Positions 35,740 through 42,076 of a DNA stretch of 42,076 bases are shown in pieces (the stretch's first letter is position 1; each line of letters opens with the position of its first letter). The DNA is taken from NCBI RefSeq assembly GCF_001194135.2, contig NC_068986.1, positions 65,478,550-65,520,625 on the forward strand, given 5' to 3'. A model generated the notes under the pieces. It did no database searches, was not told the DNA's origin, and saw nothing but the letters and a program-made list of their open reading frames with translations. The position numbers were made by a program, and so were the translations under genes. Source of the DNA: Octopus bimaculoides. Its lineage: Eukaryota.

Positions 35740-36719
35740 CTAACCAACCAAAAAAGAAAGGTTGAAAATACAAATACTTTGCTTTTGATGAAAGACAATA
35801 GTTAGCTATGGCTGCCATTGTTATTAATTAAATAACAGAATTGTTAAACACTGGACAAAATGTCATGTGCTACTAGGTATATCTAAGCGTTTAGTTGGAA
35901 CTTTCACTAGATCGAATATATTTCTATCTCTTGCGCAGCCGTGTCGAGAGAAAATCTAGCAGTTATATAGTCGACTGTTTCCTTCCTCAAAATTTGTCAT
36001 CTACTTCGAGGGACAAAATGCCTTGCAGTTTTTTTCTCCTGCTCTTTATATTCTATTTAAGTGCTGGGTCGATAGTATCGACAACTCCACTATCCTAAAT
36101 TCTAGGCTTTGTTATGTTAGAAATAATTATTATTACAACAGAAAACAATGAACGACAGAAATAGTAGGGTCGATAATCTCTACTGTGCCTCGGGAAATTA
36201 AGTCAAGAAGTCTCATTAATTATTTTGAATATTAGGCTGAGATCTATGTTCGAGGTTTGATAAATTTACAGACAATTAAGCATGTGAGTGGTGAAACGAG
36301 ATGCGATTTTTAATTCCTGAAAAGTTTTGAAAATGACAGATGGATAGATAACGAAATAAAGGTCTCTATATTGAAATCCTGCCGAACTCTCAAGAATTGA
36401 ATTGTTCATATCAAGTTCATGTATTCTATTGAATTGTTTCTTTACATGATTTTTTGTTTGTTTTCTTTTGCATTATTATGTCAGGAATAAGTTCATTCCT
36501 AAAAGGTGTTTCTCTAAGGCAAAAAATTGAAAAGTTCTGCGTTATAGTATTTAGTTACGTCCCTTAACGTTTTTAGTTCAAATACCTCTCTTAGGCAAGT
36601 TGGTTTTTGATTCTTCTAGGGTTGATGAAATAAGTACTTGTCAAGCATTAAGATCAGTAACAAAACTCAATCTTTTGCAAGAATAGAAGACCAAATTCAC
36701 GGTTGAGGAATAACAACCC

Positions 36720-36930
36720 TACTACTTCCCACTAGTCCACTAGTCCCTAAAAAGAACCATGGACGAATACTGCATGATAACATCGACCTCTGCATTTGAA
36801 TGGTATTTTGTTTAATCGAAATCACCTCCTCCCAAATTTGTGGTCTTCTCATGTTATGAGCCATAATTTATATCTAGATTTCCTTCCTATATGGTCTAAA
36901 ACATGTCAACCCGGTAGAACACAGGTTTCT
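36720..36930 (+). mobile_element. Possible old CR1-like LINE fragment
   Basis: PLVPKK.. and ..KHVNPVEHRFL loosely resemble VVPIFKKG and LxxxQHGF of CR1-type RT; weak. Confidence 0.25.
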
Positions 36931-37087
36931 AGAAACTGCATATAAAAATATGCTAGACATCACCCGTGTTAAGTTTGCCTTCCACCATGACGGAGCAGTG
37001 CCTGCAATATATGTACCTCATTTACTGATGAATGACTGATCTAGATTTCGAATGTTTGAAATTATGCCAATTTATGAAACCACTACT

Positions 37088-37103
37088 CCTGCTGCTGCTG
37101 CTG

Positions 37104-37163
<60 letters not shown>
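37088..37163. repeat. (CTG)n-(CTA)n microsatellite
   Basis: Direct reading. Confidence 0.9.
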
Positions 37164-37165
<2 letters not shown>

Positions 37166-38600
37166 TGTCATAATTTCCTGACGAGGATATGCTTGTACAA
37201 TGGATATTATTCTCAGTTCCTAATGAAAGACTTCCAGACTGGTCTGGAGTCAGCTCACAAGAGATTGTCATTGAGCAGCTCACAAGAGATTGTTAGTTTT
37301 CCCGTTCACACCTTCCAGAGTATCCAGTTATGGTTGAATATGTTGAGCCAACAGTTGTTAACTCATATATTTTTAGTATGGCGCAATTCAATACCGATGA
37401 TACTATACGAACTACCAACCTATTGACTCGATTTTAGCGCTTCCGCGGCAGAAGAAAGAAAACCAATAAAGGAGGCATCTGCTGGATTTATTACATTCGT
37501 TTATCATATTATTGGCTATCAACTGTTTGTTGTTCTTTAACATTGTTCGAAGTTTCCTACGAATTTCTTTTATCACTCTAATCCAATTATATGGCCTTCT
37601 AGTTTATTTAAGCATTTAATCCTAATATCTGCTATTTCCTTTTTACATTGGAAGCGGTCTCTTCAAAGAAATGTTTCAGTTCCTCTTTTCTAAAATCTTC
37701 TGTTAGGAGATATTGTCCGAACATCGATGGAGAAGCTAATCAACAATTCAGTCAATATGATGAAAGCGTTTTAGTTCGAAGAGGTCATTATCAGAGAAGT
37801 ATATGATAACATCAACTTGCAGCAACTTGAACAGCATTTTCTTGCAGATGCTGATCATATTTTATTATTAACGGCTCCCATGACAACATAGCAAGGAAAT
37901 GAAGTGCTTCTACGGTAACCAAGCTTGTCATCCACGGTGAAGCTGTTCTCTATAGAAAGGTCAATATGAGCAGGTTCTTCTTTGGCTCACTGTTATACAA
38001 GCTGATAAACGCAAAATCTCAGTCGAACTTATCAATATGACGTAGTTAGCTGAAACGGTGATATTCTGAAAAACAAATAAGCTACTAAGAAATGGTAAAC
38101 AAAACACTGCTACCGCAGACATTTTCCAATGGCAACTTATATCGGCATATTTTGGTTTATATAAAATCGATTGTGCTACTGTCTCTGTTCTGGTATGTGC
38201 AAATACAGTTTCTTTCCACAGAAACCAATGTCTCTCTTTTTCCAAACATGATATGACGTGCTGAGTTATTCAAGTATCAGTTTTACTTTAATTTTACTTT
38301 GTTTTCCTTCAGAATATGTTTTGTTATTACATCATCATTACTGCATGATTACATAACAGATATTACATATTTTCCCAGATTTGCAGATATCATTTCCCGT
38401 TTAATCCATCAGATAAGCACTCAGTATATATACTGTCTAAACAAATGCATGTTTATATGCACATGCAAAAAAATAAAAGACAAGCGTAAGTCCACAAATA
38501 GATATAAAATCAAAGATACAGACATAAACAGAAACACACACAAGTCTCTATCAACCACATGGCCATAACCTCTGTATATCTCTTAATATTTATTTAAAGT

Positions 38601-38820
38601 AGAGCGGCGAGCTGGCAGAATCGTAGGCATGCTAGGCAAAATGCTTAGCGGCATTTCATCCGTCTTTAAGCTCTGAATTCAAATTCCACACAGGTCGATT
38701 TCACCTTTCACTCTTTGGAGGTCGATAAAATAAGTACTAGCTTAGTATTGGGATCGATGCAATCGACTTACTTCTTCCCCTGAGGTCGCTGTCATTGTGC
38801 CAGAATTTGAAATCATTATT
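38601..38820 (+). mobile_element. Full-length SINE family A copy
   Basis: gagcggcgagctggcagaatcgtagg..aaatgcttagcggcatttc..ttcaaattcc..ggtcgataaaataagtact..atcgatgcaatcgact..ttgtgccagaatttgaaatcattatt. The central ggtcgataaaataagtac segment resembles the Meta domain of MetaSINEs (from memory). Confidence 0.9.
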
Positions 38821-38890
38821 TATTTACAGTGAGAATGTCCTGTAGAATAAGAGAAAAGACTAGAGAATCAGAGTTTGTCAATTTTCTTAC

Positions 38891-38916
38891 CTCCTTTTTC
38901 ATTCGCTCCGACAATC
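38891..38916 (-). other. Candidate 26-nt micro-exon, minus strand
   Basis: tttggcatattttag|GATTGTCGGAGCGAATGAAAAAGGAG|gtaaga; two frames open (IVGANEKG or LSERMKKE). Confidence 0.35.
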
Positions 38917-41900
38917 CTAAAATATGCCAAAGTGAGGAAAACAATATTTTTTCATTGTCAATCACCATTCAATTGAGAAAAGCAAACTTTCGGTGAGTTA
39001 AAATCATTATATTTGATATCTGATACAAAGGTCTTCGAGGGGTGCATGAATAACATTCAGTCCCATTTCATTATAAAGATGCAAAGAGCCTATTTTTCTT
39101 GTCCTCACAGTTTACTGTAATATATTATATGTTCAAAATATATCCACGTGCACAGAAACAGAATATACTTGATAATTTTCATGTATCTCCTCTTGCTCTG
39201 GTCATTCCATTTTGTCATTCTGTGGTATAATATAAATTTTGTTTATTAAAACACATCGGAAGAAGAGAGAGACACTGATAGTGTAGTCAAGAGGTTGTGT
39301 AGAAATCAACGTATCTACTGTAGTCAAAGGCTGATTCTACAAAGCTTTATGTACGTACTTAACCGTGCAAGGGTATATGATGATAGAACTGTAAAGCTGA
39401 TGAGTGCTTCATATAACTGATTTTAGATGTTCCCATGAGCTTGGATTAGGTGAGAAGAGTCTAATCTAGTTTATTCAACTACTGTGAATACGAAACAACG
39501 AGGTAGCATCTATGTAATCGCTCAGCCAGTAAGAACAGCAGTCAAATTTTATTCCAAAACACCATAGTGGCTTTAAAAAAGAGGCCAGACCAGATAATAT
39601 AATCTTAGATATACTATGTCTGAAAATAAGCTAATAGACAGCTGGAATACTTAGCACTGGCATTCGCCTTCATCGATGAGCAAGTTTTATGCTAATAACA
39701 GCAACAACTTATTTGTGTATAGTTTTGAGAAGGTTTGTGTCCCGGTAATCGGATCTTAGACAAACTCCAGAAGGGAACATGGAATTCACTATATTCACAG
39801 ATGGTCGAGTCAAACTAAAAATTGAAATGGTGGTTCGTATCCTGTCATTGGCACTGCGTGTTAGTTTTCCGACCACAATTAGCTATATAACATGATAATA
39901 TATAGCAAACAGATAACACTCGGAGCCAGAAGCTACCGGGGAGTGAAAATTACGACTCAATTTACTCTATTTTCGCATTCGGTGTAACATCCAATTGTTT
40001 TGAATATCACATCATTTTATATTCTTCCTAAAAATTATATTGCTTTTTAAAAGTTTTTGTTGGTATTTAAAAGAAACCAATATTGGATGTCATTAATTCT
40101 AGTTTAGAACACATATCTCACCGAGCCTAGCTTTTGATTTCATGATATTGAAATCAATGAGATACCAGTAACATACTTAAAATAGATTTAATTGGCAATA
40201 TTTGTATTTCATAAAAAAGGTTGAGCTACCACAGAAGATAGTTTGAGAGCCAGAAAGATTTTAATTTTGTCTTATTGTTTTCTAAGCAGAAATCATAATT
40301 TATTAGTTTCATGACACAGGGATCACTTACTAAAATACCAGTAATACACTGAAATTGCCTTAATCGATAATACATTTTGTTAATGAGAATTCGCCTTGTG
40401 CCAACAAGAAATTAATAGCTTACCATAATTAGACGTACACATAAGCACACAAATAATACAAATATCAATATCGATCGACGCATGCACACATAAACACACA
40501 CCAACACTATACACACAAACATGCACAACTTGCCACTCATACACATATAAAAATCAATACTCTGCTCACGAGATTTTAATTGTAAATGTCTGCAAAGTCG
40601 TTATTATTCCGCCATCCATTGCATAGACTTGTGGTGGGTTTTTTTGTAGTAAGTGTATTTATTAAACTTGCAATTAATAGCTGACTGAGACGAATAAATT
40701 CTTTATGATATTTCACTTGTATTTTTTGTTTTCTTTATAAATTGCTTCTCCAACTTGCTATTGTTGCACATCAAGAACAACTTCTTTATTATTAGAAAAC
40801 AAATCAATTCTAAAACATCCAGACTCAGCAGAAATTTACAATAAAATATGGCTTTCAAAAGAATGGTAGTAGTAAAGGTTTAATCATTAAGAATCTAAGA
40901 TCCGAAGAAATTAACCCAAAGACTAGATTATAAGGACTGAGCAGTGAGAAATATTACTTTTCAGGATTTTGTCACCAGTCGATAATGAGGGAGGATGCAT
41001 TCAAAGAGTTGATTTTCCCCATGACAAAAGAGGGCCAAAGAGAGGTTGTGTGAGAGAAACTGAAAATCTGGGGAGCGAAAACAAAACTAATAAATGGGAG
41101 TTCAAGTAATTAATTTCATACAGCTCACAGAAACCGAGTAGAGTGCTAAGTATGGGGCTGTGTTTTCTTTACTTCTTAATAGTCTCAGGCGGTAGACCTT
41201 CATCGAGGAATAGAATACAAAGAGGCATGGGGGATAATTGCCGACAGAAGTAACACAACTGAATATTGTTTCTCAACACTTAATGCGGTTTTGTATATAT
41301 TCATGTGTGTATATATGTATATTTTGGGGACTTCCGCATTGTGATAGAGGACAAAGTCTACACACTCTACGTTTGTGTTACTGTCAGAGACACAAGTTGA
41401 AACTGAGGATTTGCTAAAACTAAAGAAGGACAGAGATTACTCATATAGCATTGAGAGAAGTAACTCGGTTGCAACTGTTTGAAGAAGAAATCACAAAGAA
41501 ATAATTCGATGTCATTCATAGTAGACAAAAGGCTCAGGCGATGAAGTTGACAGGGAACCAGATAGCCAGCTCAATAATGGCCTCGTGATTAAAACATTAA
41601 GCGCTTAACGATCCTCCCTATCTTGATATAAACAGGTTGCACATATTAAGTACATCGTTCATACCTATATCTTTCAGAACTACCGTCCTACTAGTCTTTG
41701 TGACAAACGCACACTATCTGATGACGAAGCTCTCAGTAATACTCTAATGGACTGAAAAGTCAATGACTGTTCTTCTATTGTGTGCTTTGGAGGGTGACCA
41801 TAGTTGAATCATTAGGATAGCGGCTTGACAACGTAAGTGCCCAACAGTTCGTCTCATGTCCCCAGTACTACTCAGTCACCTTAGTGAAATAATTCATTCT

Positions 41901-42076
41901 CCAGTAACTGTGTATATGAAACCTACAAATAATTAGCAAATTTCGATGACGCTACACCTTACAATATTTTAAAAAGCGGCACGCATTGCAAAATGCAGTC
42001 TTTAATATATAATATATATATTTATATAAATGAGTGACTGATTACAGGTGGAAGGCGTCTGAAATATGTTTCTTTG

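Noticed and set aside
39015-39230. cgaggggtgcatgaataa as a mariner TIR start
   Set aside because: No matching opposite TIR or transposase sequence found; too weak to call.

Overview
AT-rich, microsatellite-dense eukaryotic DNA with nine N-gaps. The SINE families, TE mix and repeat density are most consistent with an octopus (coleoid cephalopod) genome; this is inferred from recalled repeat families, not from a database search. No intact protein-coding gene is recognisable, and almost all supplied ORFs are translations of microsatellites or N-runs. The window is mostly decayed mobile DNA: Tx1/L1-type LINE fragments (RT at about 1.1-2.5 kb, endonuclease at about 6.8-7.6 kb), at least three tRNA-derived SINE families, a small hAT-Charlie (MER1-like) MITE with an 8-bp TSD, a mariner transposase C-terminus, a nearly full-length decayed hAT transposase (18.4-20.05 kb, minus) and a decayed Helitron PIF1-like helicase (30.2-32.2 kb, minus). 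The most notable signals are two minimal type I hammerhead ribozyme motifs. One (16441-16478, +) lies in a partially tandem unit of about 490 bp preceded by a 191-bp inverted arm, resembling a non-autonomous Penelope-like element or retrozyme. The other (35097-35132, -) lies in a roughly 290-bp element inserted into the (TA)n tract of a SINE. A few short splice-flanked open segments may be exons of an unidentified host gene or lncRNA (low confidence).
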